Assembly: GCA_030141605.1 (NCBI GenBank)
Contig: JAQGDQ010000744.1
Coordinates: 1 to 64,000, forward strand
Source: Tubiluchus corallicola
Taxonomy: Eukaryota > Animalia > Priapulida
DNA: 64,000 nt
Direction of reading: 5' to 3'
Of the stretch, positions 13,301 through 25,600 are shown piece after piece. The translations under genes were made by a program, and so were the position numbers. Numbering within the stretch: position 1 is the first letter of the stretch; every line of letters begins with the position of its first letter. Under the pieces are notes generated by a model that saw only the letters and a list, made by a program, of their open reading frames with translations, did not search any database and was not told where the DNA came from.

Positions 13301-16300
13301 AATAACTATTCACGACAAAAATCTCAGGATTGTGTTACAAGTTCACAGGTAGTGCTGCCATGGATTAGATATGCTGTATAATTAATATAAAGCATAGCAT
13401 TGTGGTAAACAAGTTGGCCTCTACTCGCTCCACCATAATAATGACCATTTTGTCAACGCCAGATGGAAATCAATCGTCAGCTGCGTTCTGACATTATGTA
13501 TAATGTTAATGGATTTTATTGATTCTTCGAGAATTATTATTCTAGTGTTCTATATAGTAGAGACCTACACATAGAATTCACGATATCGACTATAACATAA
13601 TTATGCTATTATTGGTATTTTAGTAGAGCGAGCAGTAATATATATCGTAATGACTGTAGCGTATCAAGCAACTGTGCATCTCGCACAGTTAAAACTAAGG
13701 TTGAAGGTTATGGTAAGAATAATATAAGAAAACCCTGGGTAACTACAGGCTTAGTACAATCTATCACTCGAAAAAATAAAATGTATAAACGAATACTAAA
13801 ATGTGTAAATCCTACCGATGTATCTAATTACAAGAAGTATCAAAATGAACTTAATAATTTAGTTAAAGTAGCTAATTAATAAGTAATTATTATAAAAATA
13901 AATTAGAATTATATAAAAACAATTTAAAGAAAACGTGGAAAACTATGACAGAGTTAATGCATTACGATAATTCAATTAGTCTAATTAAATTGAAAGTTGG
14001 TAATAATGCTGTTACAAATGATGCAGAAATTGCAAAAGAATTTTATTCTTACTTCAGTACCATCTGTCAGAATCTTGCTAATAAAATTTCTACTGCAGAT
14101 ACCCAATACCACTAGTTTTTGCTCACTTCCAGAACTCAAAATATAAATTCAATTCATTCTTCTTTCGACCCATTTCTTGTCATGATCTTATAAACATTGG
14201 TAAAAAATTCAATCCTAACAAAAGGTGAGATATATTTAATATATTGCCAAGAATAATACGAGATATAATACATGTGATCGCTAAACCATTAAGTCATATT
14301 TTTAATGTCTGTTTGAGCTCTGGAGTATTCCCTAACGTGCTGAAACAATCATTAGTCATACCTATCTTCAAAAGTGGTGATGCTACTTCTGTAAGTAACT
14401 ATAGGCCTGCATCCTTGACACCCATTTTCTCAAAGCTGTTGGAAAAATGTGCATGCAGTCAGGTTAATAATTACTTAAACAAGATGGATATCCTAAGCAA
14501 AAATCATTTCGGATTGGCTTTAATTAGTGCTTGTAACAGGCTGATCAATGCCATGGATAAAAATTCAGTCACAGCAGGTGTCTTTTGCAATCTTTCCAAA
14601 GCATTTGACACGGTAGATCATGAAATTTAGTTACATAAATTATCATTTTACGGGGTTAGATGTATTGCAAATAATTGGTTTAGTAGCTATCTAAAAAATC
14701 GTATACAGTGTGCGAGATGCAACAATGTGATATCATGTAGTGTAAACATTGGAGTACCGCAAGGCTCGATTCTCGGACCTCAACTTTTCTTAATCAATAT
14801 TAATGATCTGTAACTCATTACAGTTAACTCAATTTGCAGACAATACCACGATCTTCTTCAATCTCAGTAATTTTTCAATTGACATAATAAATCAGCAGTT
14901 AGATAATGTTAAAAATCGGTTTAAAGCTAATAAACTCTCTTTGAATCCTGCAAAAACTAAGTGTATCATGTTTCGTGCCAGAAATAAAACCCCAGAATAT
15001 TATAATATTTCTATTGATGATACAACTATAGACATAGTTAGCCAAATCAAGTTTTTGGGCATTATCCTCCACGAAAATCTTGATTGGAATTTTCATATAA
15101 ATATGATCAGATTTAAAATAGCTAAAAATATAGGTATAATAACACACATTCAAAACATCCTAACTCGATTTCACTTAATAGCCTTATATAACACATTAGT
15201 CTTACTATATCGTTCCTATATAAATATACTTTGGGGTAATACATACAAGACCAACTTAAATCCACTTCACAGCTTGCAACGTAAATTCATGCACACCCTG
15301 TACAGACTTTCCAAATTCAGTTCAGTTACTAAATCATGCTATGGTGAGAGTAGAATACTAATATATTGATGATTTCCAATAACACTGCCATTTTTGTTTA
15401 TAAGACTAACAATGGCCTATTCCCTGAATATTTCAAGAATCCTGTAATTAACGATGTCAAATCACATAATACTCGCTATAATGATTACCAACTCAGTTTC
15501 TGCACAACCAATATAGCAAAACATTTCATTAGCCATAGGTGACCTAAACTTTGGAACTCACTACCACCCAATGTAAAGTGCCACTATAACATTTACCGCT
15601 TTAAAACGCCAGTTAAACGATATCTGTTTGCTTCTTATATAAACTAGTCTTGATAACCACCTACTGTTCCTGTGTGACACAACAGTCACGACTTTGTGTT
15701 CTTTTTGAGTAGAATCCGGAGTGCTTCGTCATCTCATGAGCCGAATCTTCACAAGCCACTCTTCCTACACTTTTGAACATTCTTTTATCCATCAATTCTA
15801 TCCTTGCTTCGCACAACTTTTTTTTAAATTACCTAAAACCCTCAGTTTTTTGTCCTTTTTTTCTCATTATTTGGACGTGTTTACAATGGTGCAAGCACCT
15901 AACAAGCTTCATTTCTGGTTCTTGCCATTTATTATACGCACGCTGTCATATCAAAATATAATCATTATTATTAATATCTATATTTCTCAGTGTTTCTTGA
16001 TATTGTATTTGTATTTACACTTCCAAATAAATTTGTTATTATTATTATCTGTTATTTACCAGAGCATATGCTCTTACGAGAGTCATGAGAGGCCTATGGC
16101 TGTTGAAGACCTGCAGACCAAAATCCATAATTTCATCAGGCTCTTCAAAAGTAGATCAGATTCAGGTTTCACTTTGTCAATCCGCTCATCTCTAGCTGGT
16201 TCAGTTATTAATCCATCCTTATTACGTATGCGCACGTCAGTGATCGACTGTGATTTCTAGAAGCGCATTGTTTTTTTAGCATTGAGCCAGATCAAAAGCA

Positions 16301-16644
16301 CCATTAAAATTCGTACTGAGTTGTCAGTCATAAACTAAGACCGAAAATTTATCCATTTAACCTCGCAAGTGGAAATTAGAGTATGCATGACTGCTGATGA
16401 GATTTTTGCTTAATTTCATGTTCTTGCAGTCTCAAAGTAACAGAGTTCTAAACAAAAAATACAAAACCACCAACTGTATTGTTATAAATTAGCATTGGCA
16501 GAAATGCTCACCAGATGGCACTATATAGAGAGAGTTTGTCTTAGAAATTGATGAATGGCAGTTCCGTGAGCGACAAAAGGATAGCAATGTTAACCATGGA
16601 ATAATTTTTAAATTTAAGCAAAGCCAGTAAGCTGAGTTTCCCAT
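1328..16644 (-). CDS. Gene B2 (3' incomplete): signal peptide / 7-Cys EGF / 3-Cys module / pentraxin, paralog of gene A
   Basis: Open, phase-compatible exons 16644-16512 (signal-like, least certain), 11360-11247, 10118-9993, 9738-9617, 7767-7619, 5332-5199, 2408-2247, 1405-1328. Exon sizes of 114, 149 and 134 nt match gene A; [27 protein letters not shown] is nearly identical to gene A pentraxin-1. Confidence 0.75.
2722..3713. mobile_element. hAT-like non-autonomous element with a nested MITE
   Basis: TIR TAGTGATGGGC / GCCCATCACTA; imperfect 8-bp flanks cggtcgaa / cactcgaa. Confidence 0.65.
2944..3456. mobile_element. Tc1/pogo-type MITE
   Basis: TIR CAGTCATA(T/C)CTCGGTTTTCGA with TA on both sides. 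Confidence 0.85.
4035..4765. mobile_element. Tc1/pogo-type MITE
   Basis: TIR CAGCAAGTCCTCGCTTAA / TTAAGCGAGGACATACTG, TA flanks. Confidence 0.8.
5527..6264. mobile_element. piggyBac-like non-autonomous element
   Basis: TTAA flanks and CTCCTT...AAGGAG ends; the same family occurs inverted at 36471-36834 and 39600-40480. Confidence 0.75.
7079..7157. repeat. Perfect 39-bp tandem duplication
   Basis: CACAATGCTCAGCTTGCTGGGGGCCACTGGCTGTCTACT twice, period 40. Confidence 0.9.
8457..8787. mobile_element. Tc1/pogo-type MITE
   Basis: TIR CAGTGTTCCCT / AGGGAACACTG, TA flanks. Confidence 0.8.
10778..11167. mobile_element. MITE with terminal inverted repeats
   Basis: AGCCTTTTCACAGTT ... AACTGTGAAAAGGCT. 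Confidence 0.55.
12244..12789. mobile_element. hAT-like non-autonomous element
   Basis: TIR CAATGGTGGCTCGT / ACGAGCCGCCACTG, imperfect 8-bp flanks tctatctt / cctgtctt; partial relatives at about 38180-38642 and 41830-42295. Confidence 0.7.
12868..13252. mobile_element. hAT-like MITE
   Basis: TIR TAGGGGTAAGCAT / ATGCTGACCCCTA, 8-bp flanks atgatcac / gtgatcac, subterminal TTCGA repeats. Confidence 0.8.
13690..15645 (+). mobile_element. Decayed L2/CR1-group LINE (RT and C-terminal region)
   Basis: KPWVTTGL, IPIFKSGD..SNYRP, LSKAFDTVDH, GVPQGSILGP, FADNTT, KFLGI..LDW, with several stops and frameshifts. Confidence 0.88.
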
Positions 16645-16956
16645 CAGATTTTCCTCCCACCAAAGTATCACATTCTGTTAGTAATTCTAAGCATTTTTCA
16701 GGCATGCCTATCTTCATTTCCCTATACTACTCTTAATTCCTATATAGGCTCTCTACATACAGTGTTTATGCCCTGGCAGATTTTGAAAATTTGCATGTTT
16801 AGTACGAACATACATATAACTATATTCTCATTTGGACATTTTAATTAATCCAAATTAAAATTGATGATGTACAGCTACTAATTGGAGTAAATCAACGGAA
16901 GTTAATTAATTTGTTTTGTTATAAATCCCAGCTGATTCAAGTATAGTTTTGTGTAG

Positions 16957-17246
16957 GAGAAGTTGACGACTGTGAAAACGCACCATGTAAGAACGGAGGC
17001 ACGTGTGTTGACAGTGGTTACACTCATGAATGTCACTGTTCGTCGGTATGTCATGGAGTGTATTACGAAAATGGACAGTTTTGTAACTCAGATCCATGTC
17101 AGAATGGGGCGACATGTGAAGAGAAGGCAACACGGTATTTTTGCACTTGTGAACCAGATTACACGCGGGGAAAAACTGTGAATTTGCCGCTAACTGTATT
17201 TGCAATCCATGTCTCAACAATCCACGTGTATTGCCACTGAGCAAAG
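16957..17246 (+). pseudogene. Frameshifted multi-EGF exon, + strand
   Basis: EVDDCENAPCKNGGTC...[29 protein letters not shown], then a frameshift near 17165, then GKNCEFAANCICNPCLNN. Collinear with the first EGFs of exons 39200 and 36405. Confidence 0.8.
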
Positions 17247-18615
17247 GTATGTATCTTATAGAAGCTTGTAACTGATGTCAGCAATAGCTGCAACAGCTGA
17301 TAGTGAGCATATTACTAGCTTGTCAGTATGAATACTTGTCAAAAAGAGAATCAGTTGGCATACCTGCACATGTCTAACTTGAGCAATATCAACAATCTGC
17401 CTGTCTTACAAGTCAAATGGAACATGTAATGATGGCATCTCTTAAACTATATATTATATAAGCAATCAAAATTTAAAAATTGAAAAAACATAATTGAAAA
17501 CCAAATGAAAATGTATTATATAACTTTAATAAATAGTTTACATTCTCTACCAGAAAAACCTCAAGCAGTAAAGTGGTAGCATACGAAACAAAATTCAGTT
17601 TTTTATGTTTTATCAAACATATAATGCTAATTAAGCAGTAAAATAGATTATACTTCAAGAAATTTATAAGTTTGAAGAAAAATAAACCACTTACATTTAC
17701 ATATCTATCATGCGGTTTATTTTTAATATTATTAGTCTTAATTTAAGTGCTATCAGCTAATAATGAATTAAATTCATAATTATGTATTATTAAATATTTG
17801 AAGCCAAACTTGACCGTGAACAAAACCATTTTTGGTCACATTTGGTTTCAGAAATTTACTAATTGTAAGGCTTATTCATTCACCTGCCATTATCTAATTT
17901 GCTACAGCTTTTCACTTTCAAGACTAAGTTTGAAATGTGCAAAGTTTCCTACTGACAAGTGCATTTAAAACACCAGAAATTTCGTTCAATGTGCAGAGAA
18001 ACTACACTTTGTAACTGCCACAAACTGCTTTGGAATGCCGTAAGAACTGCACACAGTCATCATGGTTGTCGTCCAGTGCGTCAACCTTCTAAAACATGTA
18101 TGCACATTGTCCCACCTGTCGGTGCCATGCATTCACCCTATTTACTGTTGCTACCAAAAACGTACCATCCGTCGAATCCAAAGTGCAGACAACTAAGCAC
18201 AATCAATAACAAATCAGCAAAGGGATCTTTTAGGGACAATCAGCTATATGCGATGCTGTTAAATAATAGTTGCCAACTACTCCTGGATTTTTCCTCTCAA
18301 GGTATACTATACTATACTCAATATAGTATTTGCAATACTATATAGTCAAGGTCATTATACTATAATGCTGGTGTCAACTATGATTTGAATTAATAAACAT
18401 AAAATAATTTTAAACAATGATGAATAATGAAAGCTATGCAACAAGAATACAGTGTAGCATTTGGTTGTAAATCTGCATTACAGTCATTTCTTAAGTCTAC
18501 TCTTATTTTACGTGTTTTTCTGATAACTAAGTGGAAAAACTGCCTAGTGATTAGATAAATTCAAAGCGGAATTTGACGCCTAACTTACTATTGTGACATG
18601 CCGCACCTGAAAATA

Positions 18616-19277
18616 CAGTAAACCTCATTATACCACCCGTCGTTATAATGTCAGTCTCGCCACATTACCAACTTTTGCCCTGTCCCGATTTCCATAATGT
18701 ATTAAATATAGGAAATACTGCCATCCGCCAACGTATCTGCTTTACCAAAAGTCTATTTTACATAACAAATCTACCCCGTTATAACACCAGCAAAAGATAA
18801 GGCACAATGAACTGCTGCTAAAAACAGCCATTGTATTGAAGAAAAACAGTCACTTGTCAAAACAATGACTTCTGAATAGACCTCTGAACAAAAAAAAACA
18901 ATTATGGTGTTTAAATTAAGATTTAGGCCTTGCTGAAGTAACTGTATGAAAGTGAATGATGAGGATTTGAACAAGGAGCATGCATTTTAAGTGTACTACA
19001 CGTGTTTTGCTTAGCTATGCTTCAGTATTGAACTGATGTGATTTAATGGCTGAAACCTGTTTTGATTCCAAGTCAAGTATGTGCGGCGGCCATTTATAGT
19101 CTTAATTATAAAGTAATGTTACATTGGGAGTGTAGGGGGGGGGGGGCACCTGGCTGCATATTTCTCTTATCAGCAGTAGGCTAATTAAGTAGTATTTCAC
19201 AAAACTAATTCACCAGGGTTGTGCCAAACCCATATTTAGTGGTGTCCCAGCCCTGGTGTTATAGCGAGGTTTGACTG
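18616..19277. mobile_element. Tc1/pogo-type MITE
   Basis: Imperfect TIR CAGTAAACCTCATTATACCACC / GGTGTTATAGCGAGGTTTGACTG, TA flanks. Confidence 0.7.
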
Positions 19278-19459
19278 TACTTAGAACAAACAGAAAAAAT
19301 TCAGTTGGAACACAACGCGTAAATTTTGACATCAAAAAAACATTTGCCCAATTGCCATATTCTTCAGTGTATTTGTACAGAGCAGATGAAGATGAATATC
19401 AGCTTATGGTTGAGATTAATATTGCCCGTATCTATTTTGTGTTTGCTTTTGATATTCTT

Positions 19460-19626
19460 TCAAGCTGAATCCGAGTCTGAGTATTCTTTTTCAACTAAAT
19501 ACGAGAACGGATATTCTTTTTCAGCTGAATACCAGTCCGGATATTCTTTTTCAACTAAATACGGGTCCAGATATTCTTTTTCTTCTTTTTCTTCAGTTAA
19601 ATATGGATCATAGTTGTACAGAGTAA
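19460..19626 (-). CDS. Putative terminal exon of gene B1, 30-bp / 10-aa repeat (EKEYxDxYxx)
   Basis: Strong acceptor ttttttttcaattacag, phase 1, open frame [54 protein letters not shown]-stop. Confidence 0.6.
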
Positions 19627-22600
19627 CTGTAATTGAAAAAAAATACCATTAGATAAACTATAGAGATTGGCATGTTTCAGTTTGCAATTATAATTGTGTT
19701 TATTCATTTGCTTGTTTTTATTTTTCAGTCCTGGTGTATTTTCAGCTTTATCTGTTAAATTAAACTCAGTAATGGTTGCCTTTATTTTATGCGATACAAA
19801 GATTTTGGCAACTGCTTACAATGCTGTTTCTACATCAAGCTAGTAACAGTGGCTACGACTACAGCATCCCCAGGTTTGCTGTTTACAGAGATGGAGCTTC
19901 ATATTTCACAGTTTGCATGTGTAAACAAGTATGTGTTGTACTCTAACATGCATAATTCTCAAAATGTTTGAACTGACTCACGAATGAAATGGAATTCGAT
20001 ACACATAATAACATTGCCACTAACCCCTTCACCGCCAAGTGTGTGTGCAAACTGTGTGCCACAGGGTTTTATTTCTTTTATGAACTTATATTTATTTGTG
20101 CATTTAAACACCCCTAAACTCCAAAAAGTCCTTTATATAAGTATAAAATGACTAAAACAAAAACACAGATGCATTTTAGCACAGATTAAAAATTCAAGAT
20201 GGCCACCATAATTATTCTTATGAGTCCTTTAGAATTTATAATACAGAACAAATTTATGCAGCATAAACAACAAAATAAGTTTGTGCTGCTACAATTGCAG
20301 CGCATACTCAAAATGGCTGCCAAACTACTTCGGTCCATAAGAAACTGCCGCTGTTCAGTAGATCAGTAATTAAAGCTGCATCTCCAATGCAAAATCATAA
20401 TTTCAAATAAGCAAAAAGTTACAGACCAAAAATAGGCCTACAAAAAATTGGACTATTCTAGGCCTTTAACACAAATTTATTGGTTATCATAAATTTATAT
20501 ATAAGAATAATCTCTTATAAAGACCTAAAAATCAATGCAAAAGACCTAAAAATACGTGTAAAGCTATAAAGACTTATATAAAGCCAAAAAAATCGCATGG
20601 ACTCTTTTAAAGGACACTAATTCATTTTGTTTATACGTCTATTGAAAGTGCTTAGATTATGTAGACCTACAGCATAGAAAACATATGGGAGTATGTGCGT
20701 ATGCAGCAAGATCTCAAAAATGATCAAATTTTAAATTTTTATTGCAAAAAAATCCTTTCAATTTTCTAAAAATATAAAATTGCCAATGTTTTACCTGAAA
20801 CAGAACTTACATTCGAAAACATACATGCGCATAGTGCATTTGCTACCTTGCCATGGAAACACGGTCAAACTCAGTTTACACATATTCCTGGAGCTGTGCT
20901 GGGTCGTGCTATAGCTGCTGTGAGTGATTACAGAGCTCCAGAGTTTGCTTATAGCATTAGTAGGGCTACCTTAACAGCATTATAGGACCCCGGGGCAAAA
21001 CAGTGCATTGAGGCCCTTCCTATACAACCACTAACAGAAATAAAAATGTAGATGGTCGACAAATTAAACATATATTTGTTGTATTGGTTGGTACCGCCAA
21101 CAAAATCAGTGTTTAAACATTAAAAAACATGCTGTACAACAAAAATTAATCAACACAAACATCTGGACAATATAACATGAGCCTTGAAAAACATGAAAAT
21201 TTCAACATATAAATGATACTGAATCGGTAAATCATACAGATGGAGATGGCACAGTATGAAACAACAAATATTTATAGTTTAGTATAGTATAGTGTTTATT
21301 TATTGACACCAAGTCACAACATACATAGATTTGCACAGGGCCTCTATGCTTGTGGGGCATTAGCCCTAAGCATTATACGGCAACGGCATATAATTACGTC
21401 AAACAGGCATATGACAGTACAAATGCAGGATGTAATAGTATGCCATGGAGGTGGTTAAGGAGTTAATTTTGTAGGCACATAGTCATTTGCATAGCTTTTG
21501 CTGACACAGTTCAACTTCTATAAAAAAAAAACATCGACAATGGCAAAAGCAGCAGATTTAGGCACGTACCGCGAAAGCTTAGTTTCATGTGGTGGTTTAC
21601 ATGGTAAACGGCAGCGATAATAATGACTATTTCAAAGAATTTTAATAGAATGTGCTCATAATCAGTGGTTGCACAATCAGTGCAGTGAACTTGATGGATA
21701 CACTGATCACAATTCATTGCACTTAACATTAACAAAAATTAGCATTAAAAGTTAGCAGCTGCACATTCAGTAAGGGGAAAATGACAGACACATCTATTCA
21801 AATGATGGTTTGCTATATTCTCATGATTCTCAAACTGCATTTGGGCAAATCTAGAAGAATAATCGCATAACTTCTTAGCTGACACTTTGTCGGCTGCTTT
21901 GTTTTCAAACCAGAACTGATAAATTTTATTGGCAAGTTGGCTGGTTAGTCAGCTAGTCGTTCGGCCAGTCAAACCTGAGCATAATGCGGGCATATACACC
22001 AAAAGCTACTACATGGCAGTCTTGAGATGGCACATCTCTGATGAATTTCTGACCTTCGATTTCTCCACCTCCACTCCCATAGTAACTGTCGTTGCTTTCG
22101 CATGTAAAACTGCCATCGGTATTTTTGCAATTATCACCTTCTGCATCACAGTTGTGAGCACTAGTTTCACATTCATTTACATGTGTTGACAAAATAGTCA
22201 ATCAATGATTACTGCATATCTTTGTCACTTAGAGACATCCATACACTTTAACATAATGGGCTTATTTTTTTGATCAGATACGAATTGATGAATCCCTAAA
22301 GCTTGGTCATGTAGCTGATATTGTTGCCACATTTATCTCTGAAAACTGTCACAAGCCATGGTTTTCTTTTGACTGAAATTTATCATGAAGATACTACAGA
22401 CCATAGAGCAAGTAGGACATGACAGATTCAAAGATGTTAGTACTTTTGTTCAAGTTTTTTAACCCATAGATGCATTTTTGTAATCTAAAATTAGCAAGCA
22501 GTCATTTGCACTTATTCTGCAATCACTACATTTTCAGCTTCACCACCATTTGGTAAACTGGGGTGAGAATAGCTGGTTGGTGACAGTGTATGCTCAGAAA

Positions 22601-25600
22601 ACTAAGTTAACCAAGGACAAACGATGCCAGTAAATGCATTTAGGCAAATCCAGAAAAATAATCGCATAACTCTTTACCTCGAGGATATTTTGTCTGGTAC
22701 ATCGTTTTACGATTATAGCTGATAAATTCTGATGGCAAGTTGGATACATGTCAAATAGCTTAGTTAATTAGTCAGTCAGTCAATCAAACCTGAATGCAAT
22801 CAGGCTACATATGTCAAAAGTATTACAAGATGATCTTGAGGTGGCACATTACGAATTTCTACCTTCGATTTCTCCACTTCCATAGAAACTCTAGTCACTT
22901 TCACATGTAGAACTGCTGTCAGCATTTTCACAAATGCCACCATTTGCCCAACGGTTGTGAGTACTGATTTCACATTCATTAATATCTGTTAGAAAATTTT
23001 TCGGTTGATCAATAGACTATCTTTGTCGCTCCATATTTTTTACGCTTTAAGATTGTGGGCTCATTTTTTCTACAACTTACTATAGCGTAACTTGTTTAGA
23101 TATAATCAGTTTTTGCTATAATAGACAACATGGCTGTTTTAATGCTTAAACTTATCTGCATACGCACAGTCACAGATAAAATGTGTCAACCAGAACATCA
23201 ATTGTAACTTACTGAGACAGTGAAACTGAATGTCAGCACAGCTGCCATTAAAATAATTCTTGTAGTTCCCATCCCATACTAACCTGAACACACAGTTCCA
23301 TCTCCAGCATAACCTTTGTCACATTTACAAGTGAAACTGCCATCAGTGTTTTGACAGATCCCATGTTTTACATCGCAGTTATGTATGCTGAGTTCACATT
23401 CATCAACATCTAAAATACATTGATACAATATCACTGATTACCTCAACCTTACCATTTCAACAATATAAAACTGGAATTTGAGTTATTAATTAGCTATGAT
23501 TAAAAATTCATTTCACCTTAACACTTACCAGTACACATATGTCCATCTCCTGTATAACCCTGGTCACACTTGCAAGCAAAACTACCATCAGTGTTTTGAC
23601 AAATTCCATGTTCTGCATGACAATTATGAGCACTGGATGCGCATTCGTCTATGTCTATTGTGACGTAACAAACAAAATATCTTTTCAACATAAATTTGTT
23701 ATTTGTAATGGTACAGCACAGTCCTGTTAAGTATTCATAGATGTTATACATCACAGTTATGATCATGGTCAAGAAAACGGTTAGCCATTCATCTCTGTCT
23801 GATACAAATAAATACAATATCAGATTCACAATCCATGTAACCAAAAAAGTGAAATATTCGATTGAAATGTTCAAAAGTTTTGATTAGTGGTTGATTATTT
23901 GGCCAGTCATGTCGTCATTTAGTTGTAGAGTCTATTTGCTATCCAACCAAAAATAGCCAGTCTGCGAGATAACTTCGACTCTATATGATTGTACGTAACT
24001 CAAAGGTAAACATTTTAAAATGCAAAAATCCAGAAGAATAATCGCATGACTTCATAGCCGACTGACACTTTGTCTGGTACTATGTTTTCAAATTAGAACT
24101 TATAAGTTTTCTTGTCAAGTTGGTTGGCAAATCTTTTAGTAATTTTATCAGTCAATCACACCTGCGCATAAACTGGGTATATACATCAAAAGCTACTATG
24201 TAACAGTCTTAAGATGGCATCTTTTGAATTTCTACATTTGATTTCTCCACCTCCACTCCCATAGTAACTGTCGTTGCTTTTGCATGTAAAACTGCCATTG
24301 GTATTTTTGCAATTATCACCTTCTGCATCACAATTGTGAGCACCGGTTTCACATTCATTTACATCTGTTGACAAAATAGTCAATCAATGATTACTGCATA
24401 TCTTTGTCACTTAGAGACTTCCATACACTTTAACATCATGGGCTTATTTTTTTGATCAGATGCGAATTGATGAACCCTAAAGCTTGGTCATGTAGCTGAT
24501 ATTGTTGCCACATTTATCTCTGAAAATTGTCACAGGCCATCGTTTTTTTTGACTGAAATTTATCATACCAGAAATTTATCGTGCCCAAAAAGATACAACA
24601 CACCATTGAGCAAGTAATACATGACAGATTTAAAGATGTTAGCACTTCTGTTCAAGTTTTTTAACCCATAGATGCATTTTTGTAATCTAAAATTAGCAAG
24701 CAGTCATTTGCACTTATTCTGCAATCACTACATTTTCAGCTTTACCACCATTTGGTAAACTGGGGTGAGAATAGCTGGTTGGTCACCGTGTATGCTCAGA
24801 AAACCAAGTTAACCAAGGACAAACGATGCCAGTAAATGCATTTAGGCAAATCCAGAAAAATAATCGCATAACTCTTTACCTCAAGGATATTTTGTCTGGT
24901 ATATCGTTTTACGATTATAGCTGATAAATTCTGATGGCAAATTGGATACATGTCAAATAGCTTAGTCAATTAGTCAGTCAGTCAATCAAACCTGAATGCA
25001 ATCTGGCTACATATGTCAAAAGTATTACAAGATGATCTTGAGGTGGCACATTATGAATTTCTACCTTCGATTTCTCCACTTCCATAGAAACTATAGTCAC
25101 TTTCACACGTAAAACTGCTGTCAGCATTTTCACTAACACCATCATTTGACCAACAGTTGTGAGTACTGATTTCACATTCGTTTATATCTGTTAGGAAATT
25201 TATTAGTTGAGCAATAGACCATATCTTTGTCGCTCCATATTTTTTATGCCCATCCCATACTAACCTGAACACACAGTTCCATCTCCAGCATAACCTTTGT
25301 CACATTCACAAGTGAAACTGCCATCAGTGTTTTGACAAGAACCATGTTCTGCATCACATTTATGAGTTCTAAGTGCACATTCATCAACATCTAAAATACA
25401 TTGATACAATATCACCGATTACCTCAACCTTACCATTTCAACAATACAAAACTGGAATTTGAGTTATTAATTAGCTATGATTAAAATTTCATTTCAGCTT
25501 AACACTTACCAGCACACATAAGTCCATCTCCTGTATAACCCTGGTCACACTTGCAAGTAAAACTACCATCAGTGTTTTGACAAATTCCATGTTCTGCATG

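Noticed and set aside
15721-16260. 179-aa hydrophobic ORF
   Set aside because: T-rich low-complexity sequence next to a LINE 3' end; no recognisable motif.
17959-18345. Cys-containing + strand ORF, vaguely antistasin-like
   Set aside because: No consistent cysteine spacing in any single frame and no convincing splice pair.
19326-19613. + strand ORF with YSFS repeats and a hydrophobic stretch
   Set aside because: Non-ATG start; the minus-strand reading has a strong acceptor and matching phase and is preferred, though the + reading is not formally excluded.
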